64,000 bases of DNA, taken from NCBI GenBank assembly GCA_051294375.1, contig CM119271.1:7864162-7928161 (forward strand), in the 5' to 3' direction. Below, piece after piece: positions 1-12,115 of the stretch (position 1 is its first letter; each line of letters starts with the position of its first letter). The translations under genes were made by a program, and so were the position numbers. The DNA is from Paraspadella gotoi (Eukaryota; Animalia; Chaetognatha). The notes under the pieces were generated by a model. It was not told the DNA's origin. It saw only the letters and a program-made list of their open reading frames with translations, and searched no databases.

Positions 1-1078
1 TTTTTAAAAAATAATCTGTACGTTACCAATAAATAGAAACTCGCAATAAATCGCTATAAACTTTATCCTATTTTATGAGAGAATTTCCAAGTAATTTAGA
101 GACAGTTGGTTTTTTTTCGCTTCTCTGATCTCATTTGTAAAAAAAAATAATTTTCAGAACTTTTAGTCAAATGACCATCATGTTTGTTGGCAACTGTATA
201 AACGCTTGGGTTTTANNNNNNNNNNNNNNNNNNNNNNNNNNNNNNNNNNNNNNNNNNNNNNNNNNNNNNNNNNNNNNNNNNNNNNNNNNNNNNNNNNNNN
301 NNNNNNNNNNNNNNNNNNNNNNNNNNNNNNNNNNNNNNNNNNNNNNNNNNNNNNNNNNNNNNNNNNNNNNNNNNNNNNNNNNNNNNNNNNNNNNNNGTTT
401 CCTCCTCCGGCAGAGAGAAAAAAAGGGGAAAAGCTTTTAAACAACTCAACTCGGAAAAGAGAAATTGTTTTTTCTTTTGAAGGTACAAAGAGTAAACAAT
501 CGCTGCTTAGGTTAACTGTTGTTGTTTACCAAGTCAAATCCTGTGTTAGTTAGAAGTTCTAACTTAGAAAGAGTTGATTTCTGTTTAAGAATCAACTGAG
601 ACAAGCGCCAACAATGCTGGCCCATCGTCCTGAATACTTTTTTTCCCCACTTTATAATCGCTGCAGTTTTTAAGTTTTGCATTTTGGTGTAAAAATGGCC
701 ACCATGCAAACTGATTCATGACCTCGAGCAACTCTATTTTATGCGAACAGCCGGGTTGCCTGTGATGCCCATTGGGATGGGACATCTCACTGTTGGCTTT
801 GGGGGCTTCCGACCCTCAGTGACGCCTCCAGTCACGGGCGCGGTTACCCTAGGACGGTCTCGCTTTGCCAACGCAGAGGGAAGTCGTTAGGACTGTGGAT
901 GGTGCATTCCCCCTCTGATCCAGTGGGATTAGCTGAACGACGCGGGACGTCTGGCGCTGTGAATTTGTCATTTTTTTATTTCACACTTTTTTTTGCATCT
1001 CTCTCGTTATGATATTATTTTCTAACTCTTTTCCTTCAACGATTTCCAGTTACTTTCACGAATCCTACCTAATCTTCC
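1..1078. repeat. Partial copy (copy 0) of a ~3.2-kb unit; lacks the 660-bp TIR element
   Basis: Aligns by eye to ~1542-3368 with many small indels. It jumps from ccccactt-TA (653-654) straight to taatcgctgcag, skipping the segment equivalent to 2221-2879. Confidence 0.85.
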
Positions 1079-1103
1079 NNNNNNNNNNNNNNNNNNNNNN
1101 NNN

Positions 1104-1183
1104 TCCAGGATCTGCAAATTCGAATTTTTGACGCAAAAACCGAGAGAGAGGAGAGAGAGAGGAGACCGGAAAAGAAACCAGAG

Positions 1184-1241
<58 letters not shown>

Positions 1242-1881
1242 AGAGAGAAGAGAGCGGAGAGGACGAACTAAAAAAAGTCGACAGAATGATCTATGTGAAT
1301 GAGTGAGAGAGAATGGGAGTAAAATTGGCATTGATTGTTTTCTCTGAAACTGTATAGCCTGTAGAGTTTTGTTGTATAGTGAGTAAGAGGTTTATTAAGT
1401 CAAGATATTAAATTCACATAGACACAATTCTTTAAGGGCCTTTACCATCATTTTTTTCATATTTTATTTATTATTAACAAAAACGATATTAAACATAATT
1501 GTTATCAAACGATAATTAACATACAATAATTTTATAATATTTTCTTTAAAAAATAATCTGTACCGTTAAACGCAATAAATAGAAACTTCGGCAAATAAAA
1601 TCGCCTAATAAACTTTTCCTATTTTTATGAGAGAATATTACAAGTCAAACTATTAGAGACAGTTGGTTTTTTTTCGCTTAACTCTGAATCCTCATTTGTA
1701 AAAAAAAATATTTTCGAAACTTATTAAGTCGCAAAATGACCATCATGTTTGATTGGCAGACTGTAATAACGCCTTGGGTTTTACTTAAAGAGAGAGAGAG
1801 AGATATAGTGCGTGTTTAAAATATCCACGAAATTCCAGTCTTCCGGTTTATTCTTTTCAAACCCCCACGCTCCCCCGCCTG

Positions 1882-1918
<37 letters not shown>

Positions 1919-3671
1919 TGTTTGAACGCGACTCGTTTCGCCCTCCTCCGTGGCAAGAGAGAAAAAAAAGGGGAAAAGCTTTATAAAACAACTCAAACTC
2001 GGAAATAGGAAATTGTTTTATTTTCTTTTTGAAGGTACAGAAGAGTAAACAATCGCTGCTTAGGTTAACTGTATGTTGTTTACCAAGTCAAGTATGAATC
2101 CTGTGTTTAGTTAGAAGTTACTAACTTACGAAGAGTTGATTTCTGTTTAAGAAATCAACTGAGACAAGCGGCCAACAATGCTGGCCATGCGTTCCATGAA
2201 TACTTTTTTTCCCCACTTTAACTATCTAGGAAAAAGTTAGAAAACATTTTTAATTGAGGTATCTACTCGAACCTTGCTGCGATTTTTAAAAAATCAGGAA
2301 TGTTATCAGATTCTACACTAAATTTCCTTTCAGTCGCTTCCTTCCATTTTTTCGTAGACTCCAACCGTATAGAAGTTTAGAGGCAAAATAAGCATTGCTA
2401 CCATCAGTTGAAAAAATGGCGGAAAAAACGCCCATTAGCTTTTCACACAATTCTTGGTATTGAGTTATTTGTTTTTCTATTTCAAATTGGTTAGTTTCTA
2501 ATTTTTTCATTTTTTTTAAATTTGGTCTATCGCGGAATAGCACAGCCCTCTCTTTGGTTCATAAAGGTGGAACTGTAGCTGTATGAAAAAGAGGGAAAAG
2601 ACGCAACAATTCATACAGACAATAGACTTGGAATCCCCTCGTTCCATCCACATTGCAAATTTTTTACAGGTGTGGAAAAAACATTTCATCCTTCGTACCT
2701 TCAATTCGCTTTTAGACGAGAGCATGCCAGACGAATGCAGGGCAGTGGCGATAGCGAGGGAGGCACATACTAACAATATTGACGAATAGTTTTATACCCA
2801 TGTTTTGTATTATTTTTTATTGAATATAATGACTCTTTAAAAATAAAAAATGTTTCACTAACTTTTTTCCTAGATTTAGTATAATCGCCGCTGCAGTTCG
2901 TTTAAGTTTTGGCTATTTTGGTGTAAACAATTGGCGCACCAGTGCAAACTGGATTCATGACCTCGAGCCAACTCTATTTCTATGCGAACAGCGCGCGGTT
3001 GCCGTTGTGATGCCCTTTTCGCATTGGGTATGGCGAACAGTCTCACACTGTTGGCTTTGGGGGGTTTCCGACCTCTCAGTGACCGCCTCCAGTCACGGTT
3101 GCGGTTGTTACCATCTAGGCACGGTCTCGCTTTGCCAAGAACGAGAGGGAAGTCGGTTAGGACTGTGGATGGTGTGCATCTCCCCCTTGATCGCAGTGGG
3201 ATTAGGCTCGAACGACGCGGGACGTTCCTGGGCGCTGTGAATTTGTTCATTTCTTTTTTTATTTACACTTTTTTTTGGCAATCTCTCTCGTTATGATATT
3301 ATTTTGCTAACTCTTTTCCTTCGAACGATTTCCACAGTTACTTCACGGAATCCTAACCGTAATTTCCCCTTCCCCCTTCCCCCTTTTGTTCCACCCTTTC
3401 CCGTTTTCCCCCCGCGTCCCCCCCTTCCCTTGCACCCCCATGAACCTGCTCTCTACTCTTCTGGCATCTGCCATGCCGCGCGCGCTCGCACCTGCTTCGG
3501 TTCCGACGACACATCTGCTCCGGTTCTCGGTCATTAAATCAGACGACGAAACCAGTCTTGGCCAATGTCTTTTTTTTCCGGACGGAATCCGGCATCGGTC
3601 CAATGCCGGCGCGAATCTTTGGATCTCTCATCTCTTTCTCATCTCTCACGTCCTCTCTCATCTCTCTCTTC

Positions 3672-3708
<37 letters not shown>

Positions 3709-4339
3709 CTCTCTCTCTCTCTCTTCCCCCAAAATCTGTGAATCTTTTATGTATCGTAAACGTTGTACATTGTGAAAATTCACTTAAATACCAAACACGA
3801 TCCAATCTTGTCCGGTCATTTGCGCTACCATATCAATTTCGTCGTTACACTTAGCCCCTTTGACCTCCGCAAAATGACTTCTCCCTTCATGTCCATCCCA
3901 CCGACTTGGTCCAGATTTTTTGATTGTGTCGAATGATTATCGTCGTCATTTTGGTCTCGATCGATCGAAATATTCGTCGCGCTCATCATCATCTTTCTTC
4001 GTCGGCATCGTTGTCAGCATCTTCGTTGTTGTCATGATGTCATACTCGGCATCGTTGTCATCGTCCTCATCGTCATCATAATAGTCGTCATCGACCTCAG
4101 AGTCGTCTTCGTCGTCATCATTGTCATCGCGTTATGCCCTTGTCTTTGAAGACATCCTTAGCATCGTTGTCATCCTCGTCATCTCCGTCAACATTGTCGT
4201 CGTCATCGTCATCGTCGGAATCGTCCGAAACGTCATCGTCGTTCTTGTCGTCGTTGTCCGCTTCGTCTTCGGATGATCGAAATCTAACGACGCCATCTTT
4301 TTTCTCTCCCCCATTTCCGCCCTTCCGCTCGACCGTCAA
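1104..4339. repeat. ~3.2-kb unit, copy 1
   Basis: Starts tccaggatctgcaaattcg directly after a 25-N gap and ends gaccgtcaa before the next 25-N gap; colinear with 4365-7509. Confidence 0.9.
2221..2879. mobile_element. Non-autonomous TIR element (MITE-like, ~660 bp) inserted at TA
   Basis: Left end ACTATCTAGGAAAAAGTTAGAAAACATTTTTAATT matches the reverse complement of the right end CTAAATCTAGGAAAAAAGTTAGTGAAACATTTTTTATT (~35-bp TIR). TA lies on both sides (2219-2220, 2880-2881); the empty site ccccacttTAtaatcg is at 645-660. Confidence 0.8.
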
Positions 4340-4364
4340 NNNNNNNNNNNNNNNNNNNNNNNNN

Positions 4365-4444
4365 TCCAGGATCTGCAAATTCGAATTTTTGACGCAAAAA
4401 CCGAGAGAGAGGAGAGAGAGAGGAGACCGGAAAAGAAACCAGAG

Positions 4445-4513
<69 letters not shown>

Positions 4514-5106
4514 CGGAAGCTAAAAAGAGTCGAAGAATGATCTATTGAATGAGTGAGAGAGAATGGGAGTAAAATTGGCATTGTTTTTTTCTCTGAAACT
4601 TGTATAGCCCTGTAGAGTTTTTGTTGTATAGTAGTAGAGGGTTTATTAAGTCAAGATAATTAAATTCACATAGACACAATTCTTTAGAGGGCCTTTTACC
4701 TCATTTTTTTCATTTTTTTTATTAATTAACAAAGCGATATTAACATAATTGTTATTAAACGATAATTAACATAATAATTTTATTAATTTTTTTTAAAAAT
4801 AATCTGTACGTTACGCAATAAATAGAAACTTCGGCAATAAATCGCCTAATAAACTTTTCCTATTTTTATGAGAGAATTTACAAGTAATTTAGAGACAGTT
4901 GGGTTTTTTTTTCGCTTAACTCTGAATCTCATTTGTAAAAAAAAAATAATTTTCGAAACTTTTAAAGTCAAATGACCATCATGTTTGATTTGGCAGACTG
5001 TATAACGCTTTGGGTTTTATTAAAGAGAGAGAGAGAGATATAGGTGCGTGTTAAAATATACGAAATTCCAGTCTTACGGTTTATTCTTTTCAAACCCCCC
5101 GCCCCC

Positions 5107-5151
<45 letters not shown>

Positions 5152-6820
5152 TGACCGAACCTCGTTTCCTCCTCCGGCAAGAGAGAAAAAAAAGGGGAAA
5201 AGCTTTTAAACACTCAACTCGGAAAAGGAAATTGTTTTTTCTTTTTGAGGTACAGAAGAGTAAACAATCGCTGCTTAGGTTAACTGTTGTTGTTTTTACC
5301 AAGTCAATATGACTGTGTTAGTTAGAAGTTCTAACTTACGAAGAGTTGATTTCTGTTTAAGAATCAAACTGAGACAAAGCGCCAACAATGCTGGCCCATC
5401 GTCCTGGAATTACTTTTTTTTCCCTCACTTTAACTATCTATGGAAAAGTTAGAAACTTTTTAAATTGAGGTATCTACTCGAAAACCTTGCTGCGATTTTT
5501 AAAAAATCAGGAAATGTTTTCAGATTCTACCACTAAATTTCCTTTCAAGATGCTTCCTTCCATTTTTTCGTAGATCCAACCGTATAGAAGTTTAGAGGCA
5601 AAATAAGATTGTACCTCAGTGAAAAAATGGCGGAAAAAATCGCCTCTTAGTTTTCACATTCTTGGTATTGAGTTATTTGTTTTTCTATTTCAAATTGGTT
5701 AGTTTTTTTTTTCATTTTTTTTAAATTTGGTTATAGCGAATAGACAGCCCTCTCTTTGGTTTCATAAAGGTGGCAATGTAGTCTGAGAAAAAGAGGGAAA
5801 AGACGCAACAATTCATCAGCAATAGACTTGGAAACTCCCTCGTTCCACCATTGCAAATTTTTTACGGGTGTGGAAAAAACATTTCACCTTCGTACCTCAA
5901 TTCGCTTTTAGCGAGAGCATGCCAGACGAATGCAGGCAGTGGCGATGCGAGGGAGGCAATACAAAATATTGAGAATGTTTTAAACCCATGTTTTGTATTA
6001 TTTTTTATTGAATAAATGAACTTTTAAAAATAAAAAATGTTTCCTAACTTTTTCTAGATAGTATATCGGCTGTCAGTTTTTAAGTTTTGCATTTTGGTGT
6101 AAAAAATTGGCGCAGCCATGCAAACTGGATTCATGACCTCGAGCAACTCTATTTTATGCGAACAGCCGGGTTTGCCCTGTGATGCCCTCATTTCCATTGG
6201 GTATGGGACATCTCACATGTTGGCTTTGGGGGGGCTTTCCGACCTCTCAGTGACGCCTCAGTCACGGTTGCGCGTGTTACCATCTAGGACGGTCTCGCTT
6301 TGGCCAAAAACGCAGAGGGAAGTCGTTAGGACTGTGGATGGTTGCATTCCCTTGATCGCAGTGGGATTAGCTTGAACGACGCGGGACGTTCTTGGGCGCT
6401 GGTGAATTTGTCTTTTTTTATTTCACACTTTTTTTTTGGCATCTCTCTCGTTATGATATTATTTTTACTCTTTTTCCTTCAAACGATTTCCAGTTACTTC
6501 ACGAATCCTACCTAATTTTCCCCTTCCCCTTCCCCCTTTTGTTCCCCCTTTCCCGCTTTTCCCCCTCCGCTCCCCGCCCTTCCCTTCACCCCCATGACCT
6601 CTCTCTATCTTCTGCATCTGCCATCGCGCGCGCTCGCACCTGCTTCCGGTTCCGACGACAGAATCTGTCCGGTTCTCGGTCATTAAATCAGACGACGAAA
6701 CCAGTCTTGGCCAGATGTCTTTTTTTTTTCCGGACGGAATCCGGCATCGGTCCATGCCGGGCGAATCTTGGATCTCTCATCTCTCTTCTCTCTCTCACAG
6801 TCCTCTCTTTCTCTCTCTTC

Positions 6821-6857
<37 letters not shown>

Positions 6858-7509
6858 CTCTCTCTCTCTCTCTTCCCCCAAAATCTGTGAATCTTTTATG
6901 TATCGTAAACGTTGTTTACATTGTGAAAATTCACTTAAATACCAAACACGATCCAATCTTGTCCGGTCATTTGCGCTACCAATATCAATTTCGGTCGTTA
7001 CACTTAGCCCCTTTTGAACCTCCGCAAATGACCTTCTCCCTTCAATGTCCATCCCACCGTACTTTGGTCCGATTTTTTGATTGTGTCGAATGATTTCGTC
7101 GTCATTTTGGTCTCGATCGAATCGAAATATTCGTCGCGCTCATCATCAATCTTTTCTTCGTAGATCGTTGTCAGCAATCTTCGTTGTTGTCATGATGTCA
7201 TACTCGGCATCGTTGTCATCGTCCCTCTCGTCATCAATAAATAGTCGTCATCGACTCAGAGTCGTCTTCGTCGTCATCATTGTCATCAAGCGTTATGCCC
7301 CATTGTCTTTGAAGACTATCCTTAGCATCGTTGTCATCCTCGCATCCTCCGTCAACATTGGTCGTCCGTCATCGTTCATCGTCGGAATCGTCCGAAACGT
7401 CATCGTCGTTCTTGTCGTCGTTGTTCCGCTTCGTCTTCGGATGATCGAAAATCTAACGACGCCATCTTTTTTTTCTCTCCCCATTTCGACCCTTCCGCTC
7501 GACCGTCAA
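4365..7509. repeat. ~3.2-kb unit, copy 2 (indel-rich); probably gap-fill/haplotype redundancy
   Basis: Same first bases as copy 1, again after a 25-N gap; differences are mostly 1-2 nt indels; continues into unique sequence after gaccgtcaa. Confidence 0.85.
5433..6061. mobile_element. Same TIR element within unit copy 2
   Basis: TA-actatcta...ctagatag-TA; internal sequence colinear with 2221-2879. Confidence 0.75.
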
Positions 7510-8302
7510 TCTACTCTCTCTTCTCATCTCTCGTCGTCTCTCTGCGTCATCTTCTCCTCTCTCTCCTCTTCTCTCTCTCTCTTCTCTTCTCTTTCTCGGG
7601 TCAGTCGCCCTCCTGACCCGATGAGCTCGACTTGCCGGTGGCCCGCGCCCGACCAGAAACTCCCCCCCCCGGGGGCCCCGGGCCCGACGCCCCCGACCTC
7701 CGTTTCCGACCGCCAGTTCGACCTCGACTTCGCGTCGATTGTGGTCCGACAGGCAACTCCGAACTACCACTTCCATACCACTCCAACCGCCACTCCAGGC
7801 ACCACTCCGACCGCCGCTTCGATGTCCACTTCGACCTTCACTCCAACTTATCTTCTCATTTCGATCATTCAATTTGCGCTTCAATCGAATTGAGAATAAA
7901 AAGAAGTTTTAATTAACGAATTTCATTTCCTTTCGATATCAAAATCTCGTTTCGTCCGGACGAACTTCTCTGCGAAGGGCTTCGGGGCTGCGGGGCTTCA
8001 GGGCAGCTGGGGCAGCGGCGTTGCGGGGATGCAGGACTGCCTGGCTGCTGAGCTGCGGGGCTGAGGGTCGGATCTGGGTCGATTTTTTGACCGAGGCCTC
8101 GCCGCCCGTTGGTAGGGTCGTCGACCGTTAGGAGGCGTCGTCATGAGTGGTTGTCGTTGTTGTTGTTGTTGTTGCCGTTGTCTGCAATTGGCCTCGTTCG
8201 AAGCCGCTCTCTTCAGCAGCACTTCAGCAGCACCATGTTTTATTATTTGGCTACTTAGGCCTTTTCATTAAGTGGCTGAGTTTCATATCAAGCCATTTTC
8301 GT

Positions 8303-8402
<100 letters not shown>

Positions 8403-10190
8403 TTTTTCTTATCTTTGTTTATTTTCTTTTCCTTCTTCTTCGGTGTTTCCTTTATACATTCGCCGGGGTTAACGATTTCAATGATCTCTTCACAATTTCG
8501 CCTCCCCCACCCTTTCCCCCTTACCCCCGACACCCTCAAACCCACGCACCCTCCTATTTTCGTCCCCGCTTGCCCTCCAGGGGTCCCGCTCAAACACGTT
8601 CGCGCCCTTCCTTTCCTCTGACCTCAATTTGTTGCCCGACGAAGGAATGTTTACCGCGGGGCCGGTTGGGGGGAGAGGGGGGAAAAGGTGGTTCAAGGTG
8701 GATGGGTAGAAAATTGGTGGTAAAGGGAAGAGAGAATAAAAAGAGCGAAGGGGAAAAAGTAGGTAAATGGGTAAGTTCGATCGGAGATGGGATAGAGGTA
8801 GCGAAAAGTAAGTTGCCTCTGACAATTCGTCACAATTTATTTTCCAAAAATTGAATAAACTTGAACTCTTCGTCAAAACCGCGAACTCGTGAACTTTTCC
8901 GTTAAAAAAAAAAAAATTAGCGAGAGGGTGTTCACCGGAGGCAGAGTCACCCCTTCATCAATTTCACCTTCTACCAAACATCCCCACCTCCCGACATTTC
9001 CACCTTACTACCCACTACTATAGACTATCCACTTTACTATCCACGATCGAGTATCCACCCTCGGGAATCGTCTCCTTCCACTCGACATTCACCGATCACC
9101 AGCGCCGCTTCCGTCCGTAGGTCGCGACGCCCTCTTTCCCTCGCGCGTTGGCGCTGGAAGTTTAAAAAAAAAAAGAGACGCTTCCGGGCCACGCCTTCGT
9201 CGCCGGATGTAGAGGGCGGGAGGCGTCGACGTTGGTAGCGTCGTCTTTGTCGTTGTCGTCCATTGTTGTTCTGGTCGTCGTCGTCGTCGTCGCTCTTATC
9301 TTTCTTCGTCTATCGTCGCTGTTGTCTTCGTCGTCGTCGTCATCGCTGTTTTCTTCGTCGTTGTCGTCGCTATCGTCCGTCGTCGTCATCGCTGTTTTCT
9401 CCTCGTCGTTGTCGTGCGCTGTCGTCGCTGCGTCGTCGTCGTCGTCGTAGCTGTTGTCTTCGTCATTTTCGTCGTAGTCGTCGTCGCATCACAGTGACAA
9501 CGAAAACAACGACGACGACGACGACGACCAGGACTGGTTCGACGCCAGACGTAACGCATTAAAAATGCCAATGATTCCCAAGGAAAAAAAAATTCAAAAG
9601 AAGAGTAATGAGTAGTGACGAGAGTGTGAGCCACTGTGGAAATCAGGTTGAAGCGGTCGGTCTGTCGGTCAATCGGTCTGTCGGTCTCGCTTCTCTCTTC
9701 AGTCGACATTTCGTTTTTTTTTTAACTTTTCTTCTTCTCCTTTTTTTCTTCTCACTCTCATTTCCTTTTTCTCCTCTTTTTTTCTTAACTTCTCAGGCTT
9801 TTCTCGACTCTCCTGTCTTCTTTTCTATTTTACGCTTTTTTTTATTCTTTATTTTTCTCCATGTTTCTCTACTTCCATTTTCTCTCTTCGGTCTTCACCT
9901 CTCTTCTTCTCTTCTCTTCTCTTCTCTTCTCTTCTTTTCTATTCTAATAATCGCTTTACCTCTCTTCTCCCTCGATTTTTCTCCATTCGCCTCACCTCTC
10001 ACCCCAAAATAAAGACCCCGTTCACAGAAATCCCTCACCAAAAGTCACCGATCAAAAAAAAAAACCTTCACGAGATCACCATTAACGATTCCCCCCTGCC
10101 CCCTCTCTCCCCTCCTCTGCCCCTCCTCCTCCTCCACCTGCCCCTCCTCCTCCCTGCCCCTCCTCCTCCACCCTGCGCCCTCCCACTCAC

Positions 10191-10307
10191 ATATGACTGT
10201 GAGGTAGACCCAAGTTCCTTCGGGATTTTTCTCTCCGTTTTTTTGTTTCTTCTTCGTCTTTGTTTTCTCCTTCTTTTTCGTCGCCTCTTGTGTCTTCGAG
10301 AGAGAAT
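10191..10307 (-). CDS. tutl: Exon of turtle/IGSF9-like gene: Lys-rich loop plus G strand of Ig1
   Basis: Acceptor ttttttacaatttag, donor gtgagt; 117 nt, phase 1-1, open: (x)SLSKTQEATKKKEKTKTKKKQKNGEKNPEGTWVYLTVI. GTWVYLTV matches the turtle/IGSF9 Ig1 end (NG[T/S]WxHLxV); a phase-1 intron at the domain end is typical of Ig genes. Confidence 0.75.
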
Positions 10308-10498
10308 CTAAATTGTAAAAAAAAAGCAAACGTTTTGTTTAATTACGTTTTATTTGATTTATTTATTTATTTATTTATTTTATTTTATTTTATTTATTTA
10401 TTGAGTTGATTGGGAATCCAAGGACTGAGGGAGTGAACATTGAACAAACATTGAACAAACTATACTGAGAGAAATTGAAAGTTAACAAGGTCCTTCTA

Positions 10499-10805
10499 TG
10501 AAATTGGTACAACCAATATAAAAATTATCCCTTCATTTAATAAATAAGCTATCTTGCCCCTGACTTTGGACAGGCTTTGGTGGTTTAAGGCCTCCATCAC
10601 TCTTACAAGATAGTGACATAGCAGATCCCTGCAAGCTTTCACAGTCTCGTTTATTCACTCCCAGAGTACCTGGCTTCCCCATCAATGAAGTGGTATAATT
10701 TTTCAAAGAATGTTATGGAGATGGAGTCCGGTGTCAAAAGTCAGGGGAAAGATAGCTCATTTATAGAATGAATGGATAATTCTTATATTGGTTGGACCAA
10801 TTTCG
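10499..10805. mobile_element. MITE with ~73-bp imperfect TIRs, intronic
   Basis: gaaattggtacaaccaatataaaaattatcc...cccctgactttggaca at ~10500-10572 matches the reverse complement of tgtcaaaagtcagggg...tattggttggaccaatttc at ~10732-10804. TSD is ambiguous (cta/tta). Confidence 0.8.
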
Positions 10806-11096
10806 TTATTTAACTATAACTTATAGTAACTTATAGTAACTTATAGTAACTTATAGTATAACTTATAGTATAAGATATTGATTGTTGATTCGATTTCGTA
10901 TTGCCGGTGGGAACCGTGAGTTAAGTAACCATATATCGATAATAGAATTTACAACATCAACATCGTCGTCATTGTCGTCGTCGTCGTCTACGCGACAATC
11001 TTTCACTCTTCGTATTCTTCTTGTTTATCCGAATCACAGAAACTTACGTTGTTGATGTTTTTTAATTAGAAACGTCATTGCTCTTGTTGTCACGAA

Positions 11097-11141
<45 letters not shown>

Positions 11142-11789
11142 TTCGTTATTATTATACAGTTATTATCAACATCGAAGGTTCTCTTCCCGCCATTTCACTT
11201 TTTTATCTCATTTCCTCTTGTTCTATTTGGTTCTCTTTTCTTTTCGTTGGAGGTTTGTTGTTCTATTTTTGTTCTATTGTTCTCATTTTGTTCTTTCTTG
11301 AATCTTTTAAGAATTTTCATTTTGTTCTTCAATTTTCTACTCTTTTTTTTTCTTTCCCTTATCACCTAATTCTCCATAATTTTCCTTGTTCTCCTCTTTT
11401 CTCGTTAACATTTCTCCTTTAAGGTCACGTGACTTGTCCGCTTCCTCTCTCGACCGACAGGCGGCGACGGCGTCGTCTCTTCGTTGCCACAAACAAGACG
11501 CGTCACTGACGACTTGAGACGCAAAAGGTAAGTTTTCTCATCGCATCTCTCTTTCTCTCTCTCTCTCTTTCTCACTCTCTCTCGCTCTCTCTCGCCGGTT
11601 TTCAAAACGGTTTTCTTGTTTAGAAGGACCCAGAATTTGATGAGGTCGCAGCGCCGACGCCGCCACAGCCGCTGCCGACGCCGCGCCGCCGCCTCCATCG
11701 TTTTTGACATATTGGTTGTCATTGTTTTCAAAAGGATTGGTTGTTGTTGTTGTTGTTGGATTCCTGTGTCGTAACCTCGTCAGGCCATA

Positions 11790-12115
11790 TAGATTAAATC
11801 ATTAAATCTTCATCGTCCAAACCTTTGTCATTAAATATCGTCGTCTGTGTCATCACCATTTACTTTAGATTTAATCATTAAATCTTCATCGTGGTCGGTG
11901 TCATCACCATTTACTTTAGATTTAATCATTAAATTTTCATCGTGGTCGGTGTCATCACCATTTACTTTAGATTTAATCATTAAATCTTCATCTTCGTCAG
12001 TGTCATCACCTTCAGCGTCAGATGAAATCATTAAATCTTCATCATCATCACATTTGTCATTAAATCTAATGATTAAATCTTCAACCTCGTCAGTGTCATC
12101 ACCTTTAACTTTTGA
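11790..12115 (-). repeat. 51-bp tandem repeat (17 aa: GDDTDHDEDLMIKSKVN) with 42-bp variants
   Basis: The motif gtgtcatcacc starts at 11847, 11898, 11949, 12000 and 12093 (spacings 51, 51, 51, 93; all multiples of 3); in frame with the upstream Ig exon. Confidence 0.9.

Noticed and set aside
2876-3240. Apparent splice acceptor (ctaac...ttttttcctag) followed by a ~120-codon open frame
   Set aside because: The acceptor-like sequence is the right TIR of the inserted element, and the peptide is unrecognisable.
3930-4290. Asp-rich frames here and at 9230-9530 and 35132-35330
   Set aside because: Decayed (GAC/GAT)n microsatellites occur on both strands throughout the window without splice or domain support.
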